NCBI GenBank assembly: GCA_964057225.1
Contig: OZ059897.1
Span: 20,336,001-20,400,000 of the forward strand
DNA: 64,000 nt
Direction: 5' to 3'
DNA from: Auanema rhodensis
Taxonomy: Eukaryota > Animalia > Nematoda
Position 1 is the first letter of the stretch, and each line of letters opens with the position of its first letter. The position numbers and the translations under genes were made by a program. Shown here piece by piece: positions 11,141 to 27,000 of this stretch. The notes under the pieces are model-generated. The model was not told the DNA's origin. It saw only the letters and a program-made list of their open reading frames with translations, and did no database searches.

Positions 11141-13948
11141 GTTTCCATGTACACTCAACATTGCTTCCAAAAACATTTTGACAAAAATTTTTTCGAAAAA
11201 TTTCAAAATAATTTAGCAAAAAGTAGATGTTTTTAGATTTCTTTTTTCAAGGCAAAGACGATGGACAATGTTATTCAACGAAAAAATTATTTCTTCAGGG
11301 TGAAAATCGAGGATATAAGTGTAAACTTATATCAGTTGATATCTCGGTGCATTTTTAAGCTAGCGCAAATCTGATAACACAGATCGACGCAGCTTAAAAA
11401 TCCGCATCGAATGCACTATACTACATTGAGAAACGCTTAATACAAAAATTAGTTATGATCGTTTGAAAAATGATGCATTAGTGTATGTTGAGTTTCCATG
11501 TACACTCAACATTGCTTCCAAAAACATTTTGACAAAAATTTTTTCGAAAAATTTCAAAATAATTTAGCAAAAAGTAGATGTTTTTAGATTCCTTTTTTTA
11601 AGGCGAAGACGATGGACGATGTTATTCAACGAAAAAATTAATTCTTCAGGGTGAAAATCGAGGATATAAGTGTGAACTTATATCAGTTGATATCTCGGTG
11701 CATTTTTAAGCTAGCGCAAATCTGATAACACAGATCGACGCAGCTTAAAAATCCGCATCGAATGCACTATACTACATGGAAGAACGCTTAATACAAAAAT
11801 TAGTTATGATCGTTTGAAAAATGATGCATTAGTGTATGTTGAGTTTCCATGTACACTCAACATTGCTTCCAAAAAGATTTTGACAAAAATTTTTTCGAAA
11901 AATTTCAAAATAATTTAGCGAAAAGTAGATGTTTTTAGATTCCTTTTTTCAAGGCAAAGACGATGGACAATGTTATTCAACGAAAAAATTATTTCTTCAG
12001 GGTGAAAATCGAGGATATAAGTGTGAACTTATATCAGTTGATATCTCGGTGCATTTTTAAGCTAGCGCAAATCTGATAACACAGATCGACGCAGCTTAAA
12101 AATCCGCATCGAATGCACTATACTACATTAAGAAACGCTTAATACAAAAATTAGTTATGATCGTTTGAAAAATGATGCATTAGTGTATGTTGAGTTTCCA
12201 TGTACACTCAACATTGCTTCCAAAAACATTTTGACAAAAATTTTTTCGAAAAATTTCAAAATAATTTAGCAAAAAGTAGATGTTTTTAGATTCCTTTTTT
12301 TAAGGCAAAGACGATGGACGATGTTATTCAACGAAAAAATTAATTCTTCAGGGTGAAAATCGAGGATATAAGTGTGAACTTATATCAGTTGATATCTCGG
12401 TGCATTTTTAAGCTAGCGCAAATCTGATAACACAGATCGACGCAGCTTAAAAATCCGCATCGAATGCACTATACTGCATGGAAGAACGCTTAATACAAAA
12501 ATTAGTTATGATCGTTTGAAAAATGATGCATTAGTGTATGTTGAGTTTCCATGTACACTCAACATTGCTTCCAAAAACATTTTGACAAAAATTTTTTCGA
12601 AAAATTTCAAAATAATTTAGCAAAAAGTAGATGTTTTTAGATTTCTTTTTTCAAGGCAAAGACGATGGACAATGTTATTCAACGAAAAAATTATTTCTTC
12701 AGGGTGAAAATCGAGGATATAAGTGTAAACTTATATCAGTTGATATCTCGGTGCATTTTTAAGCTAGCGCAAATCTGATAACACAGATCGACGCAGCTTA
12801 AAAATCCGCATCGAATGCACTATACTACATTGAGAAACGCTTAATACAAAAATTAGTTATGATCGTTTGAAAAATGATGCATTAGTGTATGTTGAGTTTC
12901 CATGTACACTCAACATTGCTTCCAAAAACATTTTGACAAAAATTTTTTCGAAAAATTTCAAAATAATTTAGCAAAAAGTAGATGTTTTTAGATTCCTTTT
13001 TTTAAGGCGAAGACGATGGACGATGTTATTCAACGAAAAAATTAATTCTTCAGGGTGAAAATCGAGGATATAAGTGTGAACTTATATCAGTTGATATCTC
13101 GGTGCATTTTTAAGCTAGCGCAAATCTGATAACACAGATCGACGCAGCTTAAAAATCCGCATCGAATGCACTATACTACATGGAAGAACGCTTAATACAA
13201 AAATTAGTTATGATCGTTTGAAAAATGATGCATTAGTGTATGTTGAGTTTCCATGTACACTCAACATTGCTTCCAAAAAGATTTTGACAAAAATTTTTTC
13301 GAAAAATTTCAAAATAATTTAGCGAAAAGTAGATGTTTTTAGATTCCTTTTTTCAAGGCAAAGACGATGGACAATGTTATTCAACGAAAAAATTATTTCT
13401 TCAGGGTGAAAATCGAGGATATAAGTGTGAACTTATATCAGTTGATATCTCGGTGCATTTTTAAGCTAGCGCAAATCTGATAACACAGATCGACGCAGCT
13501 TAAAAATCCGCATCGAATGCACTATACTACATTAAGAAACGCTTAATACAAAAATTAGTTATGATCGTTTGAAAAATGATGCATTAGTGTATGTTGAGTT
13601 TCCATGTACACTCAACATTGCTTCCAAAAACATTTTGACAAAAATTTTTTCGAAAAATTTCAAAATAATTTAGCAAAAAGTAGATGTTTTTAGATTCCTT
13701 TTTTTAAGGCAAAGACGATGGACGATGTTATTCAACGAAAAAATTAATTCTTCAGGGTGAAAATCGAGGATATAAGTGTGAACTTATATCAGTTGATATC
13801 TCGGTGCATTTTTAAGCTAGCGCAAATCTGATAACACAGATCGACGCAGCTTAAAAATCCGCATCGAATGCACTATACTACATGGAAGAACGCTTAATAC
13901 AAAAATTAGTTATGATCGTTTGAAAAATGATGCATTAGTGTATGTTGA
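11141..13948. repeat. Tandem 4-mer higher-order repeat (1404 bp x2): M33-36 = M37-40
   Basis: The order [C100T,A150T,G183A] [C108T,A114G,A127G] [C34G,A78G,A150T] [C108T,A127G] is repeated, with one private change in M36. Confidence 0.85.
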
Positions 13949-15001
13949 GTTTCCATGTACACTCAACATTGCTTCCAAAAACATTTTGACAAAAATTTTT
14001 TCGAAAAATTTCAAAATAATTTAGCAAAAAGTAGATGTTTTTAGATTCCTTTTTTCAAGGCAAAGACGATGGACAATGTTATTCTACGAAAAAATTATTT
14101 CTTCAGGGTGAAAATCGAGGATATAAGTGTGAACTTATATCAGTTGATATCTCGGTGCATTTTTAAGCTAGCGCAAATCTGATAACACAGATCGACGCAG
14201 CTTAAAAATCCGCATCGAATGCACTATACTACATTGAGAAACGCTTAATACAAAAATTAGTTATGATCGTTTGAAAAATGATGCATTAGTGTATGTTGAG
14301 TTTCCATGTACACTCAACATTGCTTCCAAAAACATTTTGACAAAAATTTTTTCGAAAAATTTCAAAATAATTTAGCAAAAAGTAGATGTTTTTAGATTCC
14401 TTTTTTCAAGGCAAAGACGATGGACGATGTTATTCAACGAAAAAATTAATTCTTCAGGGTGAAAATCGAGGATATAAGTGTGAACTTATATCAGTTGATA
14501 TCTCGGTGCATTTTTAAGCTAGCGCAAATCTGATAACACAGATCGACGCAGCTTAAAAATCCGCATCGAATGCACTATACTATATTGAGAAACGCTAAAT
14601 ACAAAAATTAGTTATGATCGTTTGAAAAATGATGCATTAGTGTATGTTGAGTTTCCATGTACACTCAACATTGCTTCCAAAAACATTTTGACAAAAATTT
14701 TTTCGAAAAATTTCAAAATAATTAAGCAAAAAGTAGATGTTTTTAGATTCCTTTTTTCAAGGCAAAGACGATGGACAATGTTATTCAACGAAAAAATTAA
14801 TTCTTCAGGGTGAAAATCGAGGATATAAGTGTGAACTTATATCAGTTGATATCTCGGTACATTTTTAAGCTAGCGCAAATCTGATAACACAGATCGACGC
14901 AGCTTAAAAATCCGCATCGAATGCACTATACTACATGGAAGAACGCTTAATACAAAAATTAGTTATGATCGTTTGAAAAATGATGCATTAGTGTATGTTG
15001 A

Positions 15002-18000
15002 GTTTCCATGTACACTCAACATTGCTTCCAAAAACATTTTGACAAAAATTTTTTCGAAAAATTTCAAAATAATTTAGCAAAAAGTAGATGTTTTTAGATT
15101 TCTTTTTTCAAGGCAAAGACGATGGACAATGTTATTCAACGAAAAAATTATTTCTTCAGGGTGAAAATCGAGGATATAAGTGTAAACTTATATCAGTTGA
15201 TATCTCGGTGCATTTTTAAGCTAGCGCAAATCTGATAACACAGATCGACGCAGCTTAAAAATCCGCATCGAATGCACTATACTACATTAAGAAACGCTTA
15301 ATACAAAAATTAGTTATGATCGTTTGAAAAATGATGCATTAGTGTATGTTGAGTTTCCATGTACACTCAACATTGCTTCCAAAAACATTTTGACAAAAAT
15401 TTTTTCGAAAAATTTCAAAATAATTTAGCAAAAAGTAGATGTTTTTAGATTCCTTTTTTCAAGGCAAAGACGATGGACAATGTTATTTAACGAAAAAATT
15501 AATTCTTCAGGGTGAAAATCGAGGATAAAAGTGTAAACTTATATCAGTTGATATCTCGGTACATTTTTAAGCTAGCGCAAATCTGATAACACAGATCGAC
15601 GCAGCTTAAAAATCCGCATCGAATGCACTATACTACATTAAGAAACGCTTAATACAAAAATTAGTTATGATCGTTTGAAAAATGATGCATTAGTGTATGT
15701 TGAGTTTCCATGTACACTCAACATTGCTTCCAAAAACATTTTGACAAAAATTTTTTCGAAAAATTTCAAAATAATTTAGCAAAAAGTAGATGTTTTTAGA
15801 TTCCTTTTTTCAAGGCAAAGACGATGGACAATGTTATTCAACGAAAAAATTAATTCTTCAGGGTGAAAATCGAGGATATAAGTGTGAACTTATATCAGTT
15901 GATATCTCGGTACATTTTTAAGCTAGCGCAAATCTGATAACACAGATCGACGCAGCTTAAAAATCCGCATCGAATGCACTATACTACATGGAAGAACGCT
16001 TAATACAGAAATTAGTTATGATCGTTTGAAAAATGATGCATTAGTGTATGTTGAGTTTCCATGTACACTCAACATTGCTTCCAAAAACATTTTGACAAAA
16101 ATTTTTTCGAAAAATTTCAGAATAATTTAGCAAAAAGTAGATGTTTTTAGATTCCTTTTTTCAAGGCAAAGACGATGAACAATGTTATTCAACGAAAAAA
16201 TTAATTCTTCAGGGTGAAAATCGAGGATATAAGTGTAAACTTATATCAGTTGATATCTCGGTGCATTTTTAAGCTAGCGCAAAACTGATAACACAGATCG
16301 ACGCAGCTTAAAAATCCGCATCGAATGCACTATACTACATTAAGAAACGCTTAATACAAAAATTAGTTATGATCGTTTGAAAAATGATGCATTAGTGTAT
16401 GTTGAGTTTCCATGTACACTCAACATTGCTTCCAAAAACATTTTGACAAAAATTTTTTCGAAAAATTTCAAAATAATTTAGCAAAAAGTAGATGTTTTTA
16501 GATTCCTTTTTTTAAGGCAAAGACGATGGACGATGTTATTCAACGAAAAAATTAATTCTTCAGGGTGAAAATCGAGGATATAAGTGTGAACTTATATCAG
16601 TTGATATCTCGGTGCATTTTTAAGCTAGCGCAAATCTGATAACACAGATCGACGCAGCTTAAAAATCCGCATCGAATGCACTATACTACATGGAAGAACG
16701 CTTAATACAAAAATTAGTTATGATCGTTTGAAAAATGATGCATTAGTGTATGTTGAGTTTCCATGTACACTCAACATTGCTTCCAAAAACATTTTGACAA
16801 AAATTTTTTCGAAAAATTTCAAAATAATTTAGCAAAAAGTAGATGTTTTTAGATTCCTTTTTTCAAGGCAAAGACGATGGACAATGTTATTCTACGAAAA
16901 AATTATTTCTTCAGGGTGAAAATCGAGGATATAAGTGTGAACTTATATCAGTTGATATCTCGGTGCATTTTTAAGCTAGCGCAAATCTGATAACACAGAT
17001 CGACGCAGCTTAAAAATCCGCATCGAATGCACTATACTACATTGAGAAACGCTTAATACAAAAATTAGTTATGATCGTTTGAAAAATGATGCATTAGTGT
17101 ATGTTGAGTTTCCATGTACACTCAACATTGCTTCCAAAAACATTTTGACAAAAATTTTTTCGAAAAATTTCAAAATAATTTAGCAAAAAGTAGATGTTTT
17201 TAGATTCCTTTTTTCAAGGCAAAGACGATGGACGATGTTATTCAACGAAAAAATTAATTCTTCAGGGTGAAAATCGAGGATATAAGTGTGAACTTATATC
17301 AGTTGATATCTCGGTGCATTTTTAAGCTAGCGCAAATCTGATAACACAGATCGACGCAGCTTAAAAATCCGCATCGAATGCACTATACTATATTGAGAAA
17401 CGCTAAATACAAAAATTAGTTATGATCGTTTGAAAAATGATGCATTAGTGTATGTTGAGTTTCCATGTACACTCAACATTGCTTCCAAAAACATTTTGAC
17501 AAAAATTTTTTCGAAAAATTTCAAAATAATTAAGCAAAAAGTAGATGTTTTTAGATTCCTTTTTTCAAGGCAAAGACGATGGACAATGTTATTTAACGAA
17601 AAAATTAATTCTTCAGGGTGAAAATCGAGGATAAAAGTGTAAACTTATATCAGTTGATATCTCGGTACATTTTTAAGCTAGCGCAAATCTGATAACACAG
17701 ATCGACGCAGCTTAAAAATCCGCATCGAATGCACTATACTACATTAAGAAACGCTTAATACAAAAATTAGTTATGATCGTTTGAAAAATGATGCATTAGT
17801 GTATGTTGAGTTTCCATGTACACTCAACATTGCTTCCAAAAACATTTTGACAAAAATTTTTTCGAAAAATTTCAAAATAATTTAGCAAAAAGTAGATGTT
17901 TTTAGATTCCTTTTTTCAAGGCAAAGACGATGGACAATGTTATTCAACGAAAAAATTAATTCTTCAGGGTGAAAATCGAGGATATAAGTGTGAACTTATA

Positions 18001-21000
18001 TCAGTTGATATCTCGGTACATTTTTAAGCTAGCGCAAATCTGATAACACAGATCGACGCAGCTTAAAAATCCGCATCGAATGCACTATACTACATGGAAG
18101 AACGCTTAATACAGAAATTAGTTATGATCGTTTGAAAAATGATGCATTAGTGTATGTTGAGTTTCCATGTACACTCAACATTGCTTCCAAAAACATTTTG
18201 ACAAAAATTTTTTCGAAAAATTTCAGAATAATTTAGCAAAAAGTAGATGTTTTTAGATTCCTTTTTTCAAGGCAAAGACGATGAACAATGTTATTCAACG
18301 AAAAAATTAATTCTTCAGGGTGAAAATCGAGGATATAAGTGTAAACTTATATCAGTTGATATCTCGGTGCATTTTTAAGCTAGCGCAAAACTGATAACAC
18401 AGATCGACGCAGCTTAAAAATCCGCATCGAATGCACTATACTACATTAAGAAACGCTTAATACAAAAATTAGTTATGATCGTTTGAAAAATGATGCATTA
18501 GTGTATGTTGAGTTTCCATGTACACTCAACATTGCTTCCAAAAACATTTTGACAAAAATTTTTTCGAAAAATTTCAAAATAATTTAGCAAAAAGTAGATG
18601 TTTTTAGATTTCTTTTTTCAAGGCAAAGACGATGGACAATGTTATTCAACGAAAAAATTATTTCTTCAGGGTGAAAATCGAGGATATAAGTGTAAACTTA
18701 TATCAGTTGATATCTCGGTGCATTTTTAAGCTAGCGCAAATCTGATAACACAGATCGACGCAGCTTAAAAATCCGCATCGAATGCACTATACTACATTGA
18801 GAAACGCTTAATACAAAAATTAGTTATGATCGTTTGAAAAATGATGCATTAGTGTATGTTGAGTTTCCATGTACACTCAACATTGCTTCCAAAAACATTT
18901 TGACAAAAATTTTTTCGAAAAATTTCAAAATAATTTAGCAAAAAGTAGATGTTTTTAGATTCCTTTTTTTAAGGCAAAGACGATGGACGATGTTATTCAA
19001 CGAAAAAATTAATTCTTCTGGGTGAAAATCGAGGATATAAGTGTGAACTTATATCAGTTGATATCTCGGTGCATTTTTAAGCTAGCGCAAATCTGATAAC
19101 ACAGATCGACGCAGCTTAAAAATCCGCATCGAATGCACTATACTACATGGAAGAACGCTAAATACAAAAATTAGTTATGATCGTTTGAAAAATGATGCAT
19201 TAGTGTATGTTGAGTTTCCATGTACACTCAACATTGCTTCCAAAAACATTTTGACAAAAATTTTTTCGAAAAATTTCAAAATAATTTAGCAAAAAGTAGA
19301 TGTTTTTAGATTCCTTTTTTCAAGGCAAAGACGATGAACAATGTTATTCAACGAAAAAATTAATTCTTCAGGGTGAAAATCGAGGATATAAGTGTGAACT
19401 TATATCAGTTGATATCTCGGTGCATTTTTAAGCTAGCGCAAATCTGATAACACAGATCGACGCAGCTTAAAAATCCGCATCGAATGCACTATACTACATT
19501 AAGAAACGCTTAATACAAAAATTAGTTATGATCGTTTGAAAAATGATGCATTAGTGTATGTTGAGTTTCCATGTACACTCAACATTGCTTCCAAAAACAT
19601 TTTGACAAAAATTTTTTCGAAAAATTTCAAAATAATTTAGCAAAAAGTAGATGTTTTTAGATTCCTTTTTTCAAGGCAAAGACGATGAACAATGTTATTC
19701 AACGAAAAAATTAATTCTTCAGGGTGAAAATCGAGGATATAAGTGTGAACTTATATCAGTTGATATCTCGGTGCATTTTTAAGCTAGCGCAAATCTGATA
19801 ACACAGATCGACGCAGCTTAAAAATCCGCATCGAATGCACTATACTACATTGAGAAACGCTTAATACAAAAATTAGTTATGATCGTTTGAAAAATGATGC
19901 ATTAGTGTATGTTGAGTTTCCATGTACACTCAACATTGCTTCCAAAAACATTTTGACAAAAATTTTTTCGAGAAATTTCAAAATAATTTAGCAAAAAGTA
20001 GATGTTTTTAGATTCCTTTTTTTAAGGCGAAGACGATGGACGATGTTATTCAACGAAAAAATTAATTCTTCAGGGTGAAAATCGAGGATATAAGTGTGAA
20101 CTTATATCAGTTGATATCTCGGTGCATTTTTAAGCTAGCGCAAATCTGATAACACAGATCGACGCAGCTTAAAAATCCGCATCGAATGCACTATACTACA
20201 TGGAAGAACGCTTAATACAAAAATTAGTTATGATCGTTTGAAAAATGATGCATTAGTGTATGTTGAGTTTCCATGTACACTCAACATTGCTTCCAAAAAC
20301 ATTTTGACAAAAATTTTTTCGAAAAATTTCAAAATAATTTAGCAAAAAGTAGATGTTTTTAGATTTCTTTTTTCAAGGCAAAGACGATGGACAATGTTAT
20401 TCAACGAAAAAATTATTTCTTCAGGGTGAAAATCGAGGATATAAGTGTAAACTTATATCAGTTGATATCTCGGTGCATTTTTAAGCTAGCGCAAATCTGA
20501 TAACACAGATCGACGCAGCTTAAAAATCCGCATCGAATGCACTATACTACATTAAGAAACGCTTAATACAAAAATTAGTTATGATCGTTTGAAAAATGAT
20601 GCATTAGTGTATGTTGAGTTTCCATGTACACTCAACATTGCTTCCAAAAACATTTTGACAAAAATTTTTTCGAAAAATTTCAAAATAATTTAGCAAAAAG
20701 TAGATGTTTTTAGATTCCTTTTTTCAAGGCAAAGACGATGGACAATGTTATTTAACGAAAAAATTAATTCTTCAGGGTGAAAATCGAGGATAAAAGTGTA
20801 AACTTATATCAGTTGATATCTCGGTACATTTTTAAGCTAGCGCAAATCTGATAACACAGATCGACGCAGCTTAAAAATCCGCATCGAATGCACTATACTA
20901 CATTAAGAAACGCTTAATACAAAAATTAGTTATGATCGTTTGAAAAATGATGCATTAGTGTATGTTGAGTTTCCATGTACACTCAACATTGCTTCCAAAA

Positions 21001-24000
21001 ACATTTTGACAAAAATTTTTTCGAAAAATTTCAAAATAATTTAGCAAAAAGTAGATGTTTTTAGATTCCTTTTTTCAAGGCAAAGACGATGGACAATGTT
21101 ATTCAACGAAAAAATTAATTCTTCAGGGTGAAAATCGAGGATATAAGTGTGAACTTATATCAGTTGATATCTCGGTACATTTTTAAGCTAGCGCAAATCT
21201 GATAACACAGATCGACGCAGCTTAAAAATCCGCATCGAATGCACTATACTACATGGAAGAACGCTTAATACAGAAATTAGTTATGATCGTTTGAAAAATG
21301 ATGCATTAGTGTATGTTGAGTTTCCATGTACACTCAACATTGCTTCCAAAAACATTTTGAAAAAAATTTTTTCGAAAAATTTCAGAATAATTTAGCAAAA
21401 AGTAGATGTTTTTAGATTCCTTTTTTCAAGGCAAAGACGATGAACAATGTTATTCAACGAAAAAATTAATTCTTCAGGGTGAAAATCGAGGATATAAGTG
21501 TAAACTTATATCAGTTGATATCTCGGTGCATTTTTAAGCTAGCGCAAAACTGATAACACAGATCGACGCAGCTTAAAAATCCGCATCGAATGCACTATAC
21601 TACATTAAGAAACGCTTAATACAAAAATTAGTTATGATCGTTTGAAAAATGATGCATTAGTGTATGTTGAGTTTCCATGTACACTCAACATTGCTTCCAA
21701 AAACATTTTGACAAAAATTTTTTCGAAAAATTTCAAAATAATTTAGCAAAAAGTAGATGTTTTTAGATTCCTTTTTTTAAGGCAAAGACGATGGACGATG
21801 TTATTCAACGAAAAAATTAATTCTTCAGGGTGAAAATCGAGGATATAAGTGTGAACTTATATCAGTTGATATCTCGGTGCATTTTTAAGCTAGCGCAAAT
21901 CTGATAACACAGATCGACGCAGCTTAAAAATCCGCATCGAATGCACTATACTACATGGAAGAACGCTTAATACAAAAATTAGTTATGATCGTTTGAAAAA
22001 TGATGCATTAGTGTATGTTGAGTTTCCATGTACACTCAACATTGCTTCCAAAAACATTTTGACAAAAATTTTTTCGAAAAATTTCAAAATAATTTAGCAA
22101 AAAGTAGATGTTTTTAGATTCCTTTTTTCAAGGCAAAGACGATGGACAATGTTATTCTACGAAAAAATTATTTCTTCAGGGTGAAAATCGAGGATATAAG
22201 TGTGAACTTATATCAGTTGATATCTCGGTGCATTTTTAAGCTAGCGCAAATCTGATAACACAGATCGACGCAGCTTAAAAATCCGCATCGAATGCACTAT
22301 ACTACATTGAGAAACGCTTAATACAAAAATTAGTTATGATCGTTTGAAAAATGATGCATTAGTGTATGTTGAGTTTCCATGTACACTCAACATTGCTTCC
22401 AAAAACATTTTGACAAAAATTTTTTCGAAAAATTTCAAAATAATTTAGCAAAAAGTAGATGTTTTTAGATTCCTTTTTTCAAGGCAAAGACGATGGACGA
22501 TGTTATTCAACGAAAAAATTAATTCTTCAGGGTGAAAATCGAGGATATATGTGTGAACTTATATCAGTTGATATCTCGGTGCATTTTTAAGCTAGCGCAA
22601 ATCTGATAACACAGATCGACGCAGCTTAAAAATCCGCATCGAATGCACTATACTATATTGAGAAACGCTAAATACAAAAATTAGTTATGATCGTTTGAAA
22701 AATGATGCATTAGTGTATGTTGAGTTTCCATGTACACTCAACATTGCTTCCAAAAACATTTTGACAAAAATTTTTTCGAAAAATTTCAAAATAATTAAGC
22801 AAAAAGTAGATGTTTTTAGATTCCTTTTTTCAAGGCAAAGACGATGGACAATGTTATTTAACGAAAAAATTAATTCTTCAGGGTGAAAATCGAGGATAAA
22901 AGTGTAAACTTATATCAGTTGATATCTCGGTACATTTTTAAGCTAGCGCAAATCTGATAACACAGATCGACGCAGCTTAAAAATCCGCATCGAATGCACT
23001 ATACTACATGGAAGAACGCTTAATACAAAAATTAGTTATGATCGTTTGAAAAATGATGCATTAGTGTATGTTGAGTTTCCATGTACACTCAACATTGCTT
23101 CCAAAAACATTTTGACAAAAATTTTTTCGAAAAATTTCAAAATAATTTAGCAAAAAGTAGATGTTTTTAGATTCCTTTTTTCAAGGCAAAGACGATGGAC
23201 AATGTTATTCTACGAAAAAATTATTTCTTCAGGGTGAAAATCGAGGATATAAGTGTGAACTTATATCAGTTGATATCTCGGTGCATTTTTAAGCTAGCGC
23301 AAATCTGATAACACAGATCGACGCAGCTTAAAAATCCGCATCGAATGCACTATACTACATTGAGAAACGCTTAATACAAAAATTAGTTATGATCGTTTGA
23401 AAAATGATGCATTAGTGTATGTTGAGTTTCCATGTACACTCAACATTGCTTCCAAAAACATTTTGACAAAAATTTTTTCGAAAAATTTCAAAATAATTTA
23501 GCAAAAAGTAGATGTTTTTAGATTCCTTTTTTCAAGGCAAAGACGATGGACGATGTTATTCAACGAAAAAATTAATTCTTCAGGGTGAAAATCGAGGATA
23601 TATGTGTGAACTTATATCAGTTGATATCTCGGTGCATTTTTAAGCTAGCGCAAATCTGATAACACAGATCGACGCAGCTTAAAAATCCGCATCGAATGCA
23701 CTATACTATATTGAGAAACGCTAAATACAAAAATTAGTTATGATCGTTTGAAAAATGATGCATTAGTGTATGTTGAGTTTCCATGTACACTCAACATTGC
23801 TTCCAAAAACATTTTGACAAAAATTTTTTCGAAAAATTTCAAAATAATTAAGCAAAAAGTAGATGTTTTTAGATTCCTTTTTTCAAGGCAAAGACGATGG
23901 ACAATGTTATTTAACGAAAAAATTAATTCTTCAGGGTGAAAATCGAGGATAAAAGTGTAAACTTATATCAGTTGATATCTCGGTACATTTTTAAGCTAGC

Positions 24001-27000
24001 GCAAATCTGATAACACAGATCGACGCAGCTTAAAAATCCGCATCGAATGCACTATACTACATTAAGAAACGCTTAATACAAAAATTAGTTATGATCGTTT
24101 GAAAAATGATGCATTAGTGTATGTTGAGTTTCCATGTACACTCAACATTGCTTCCAAAAACATTTTGACAAAAATTTTTTCGAAAAATTTCAAAATAATT
24201 TAGCAAAAAGTAGATGTTTTTAGATTCCTTTTTTCAAGGCAAAGACGATGGACAATGTTATTCAACGAAAAAATTAATTCTTCAGGGTGAAAATCGAGGA
24301 TATAAGTGTGAACTTATATCAGTTGATATCTCGGTACATTTTTAAGCTAGCGCAAATCTGATAACACAGATCGACGCAGCTTAAAAATCCGCATCGAATG
24401 CACTATACTACATGGAAGAACGCTTAATACAGAAATTAGTTATGATCGTTTGAAAAATGATGCATTAGTGTATGTTGAGTTTCCATGTACACTCAACATT
24501 GCTTCCAAAAACATTTTGACAAAAATTTTTTCGAAAAATTTCAGAATAATTTAGCAAAAAGTAGATGTTTTTAGATTCCTTTTTTCAAGGCAAAGACGAT
24601 GAACAATGTTATTCAACGAAAAAATTAATTCTTCAGGGTGAAAATCGAGGATATAAGTGTAAACTTATATCAGTTGATATCTCGGTGCATTTTTAAGCTA
24701 GCGCAAAACTGATAACACAGATCGACGCAGCTTAAAAATCCGCATCGAATGCACTATACTACATTAAGAAACGCTTAATACAAAAATTAGTTATGATCGT
24801 TTGAAAAATGATGCATTAGTGTATGTTGAGTTTCCATGTACACTCAACATTGCTTCCAAAAACATTTTGACAAAAATTTTTTCGAAAAATTTCAAAATAA
24901 TTTAGCAAAAAGTAGATGTTTTTAGATTTCTTTTTTCAAGGCAAAGACGATGGACAATGTTATTCAACGAAAAAATTATTTCTTCAGGGTGAAAATCGAG
25001 GATATAAGTGTAAACTTATATCAGTTGATATCTCGGTGCATTTTTAAGCTAGCGCAAATCTGATAACACAGATCGACGCAGCTTAAAAATCCGCATCGAA
25101 TGCACTATACTACATTGAGAAACGCTTAATACAAAAATTAGTTATGATCGTTTGAAAAATGATGCATTAGTGTATGTTGAGTTTCCATGTACACTCAACA
25201 TTGCTTCCAAAAACATTTTGACAAAAATTTTTTCGAAAAATTTCAAAATAATTTAGCAAAAAGTAGATGTTTTTAGATTCCTTTTTTTAAGGCAAAGACG
25301 ATGGACGATGTTATTCAACGAAAAAATTAATTCTTCTGGGTGAAAATCGAGGATATAAGTGTGAACTTATATCAGTTGATATCTCGGTGCATTTTTAAGC
25401 TAGCGCAAATCTGATAACACAGATCGACGCAGCTTAAAAATCCGCATCGAATGCACTATACTACATGGAAGAACGCTTAATACAAAAATTAGTTATGATC
25501 GTTTGAAAAATGATGCATTAGTGTATGTTGAGTTTCCATGTACACTCAACATTGCTTCCAAAAACATTTTGACAAAAATTTTTTCGAAAAATTTCAAAAT
25601 AATTTAGCAAAAAGTAGATGTTTTTAGATTCCTTTTTTCAAGGCAAAGACGATGAACAATGTTATTCAACGAAAAAATTAATTCTTCAGGGTGAAAATCG
25701 AGGATATAAGTGTGAACTTATATCAGTTGATATCTCGGTGCATTTTTAAGCTAGCGCAAATCTGATAACACAGATCGACGCAGCTTAAAAATCCGCATCG
25801 AATGCACTATACTACATTAAGAAACGCTTAATACAAAAATTAGTTATGATCGTTTGAAAAATGATGCATTAGTGTATGTTGAGTTTCCATGTACACTCAA
25901 CATTGCTTCCAAAAACATTTTGACAAAAATTTTTTCGAAAAATTTCAAAATAATTTAGCAAAAAGTAGATGTTTTTAGATTCCTTTTTTCAAGGCAAAGA
26001 CGATGAACAATGTTATTCAACGAAAAAATTAATTCTTCAGGGTGAAAATCGAGGATATAAGTGTAAACTTATATCAGTTGATATCTCGGTGCATTTTTAA
26101 GCTAGCGCAAAACTGATAACACAGATCGACGCAGCTTAAAAATCCGCATCGAATGCACTATACTACATTAAGAAACGCTTAATACAAAAATTAGTTATGA
26201 TCGTTTGAAAAATGATGCATTAGTGTATGTTGAGTTTCCATGTACACTCAACATTGCTTCCAAAAACATTTTGACAAAAATTTTTTCGAAAAATTTCAAA
26301 ATAATTTAGCAAAAAGTAGATGTTTTTAGATTTCTTTTTTCAAGGCAAAGACGATGGACAATGTTATTCAACGAAAAAATTATTTCTTCAGGGTGAAAAT
26401 CGAGGATATAAGTGTAAACTTATATCAGTTGATATCTCGGTGCATTTTTAAGCTAGCGCAAATCTGATAACACAGATCGACGCAGCTTAAAAATCCGCAT
26501 CGAATGCACTATACTACATTGAGAAACGCTTAATACAAAAATTAGTTATGATCGTTTGAAAAATGATGCATTAGTGTATGTTGAGTTTCCATGTACACTC
26601 AACATTGCTTCCAAAAACATTTTGACAAAAATTTTTTCGAAAAATTTCAAAATAATTTAGCAAAAAGTAGATGTTTTTAGATTCCTTTTTTTAAGGCAAA
26701 GACGATGGACGATGTTATTCAACGAAAAAATTAATTCTTCTGGGTGAAAATCGAGGATATAAGTGTGAACTTATATCAGTTGATATCTCGGTGCATTTTT
26801 AAGCTAGCGCAAATCTGATAACACAGATCGACGCAGCTTAAAAATCCGCATCGAATGCACTATACTACATGGAAGAACGCTTAATACAAAAATTAGTTAT
26901 GATCGTTTGAAAAATGATGCATTAGTGTATGTTGAGTTTCCATGTACACTCAACATTGCTTCCAAAAACATTTTGACAAAAATTTTTTCGAAAAATTTCA

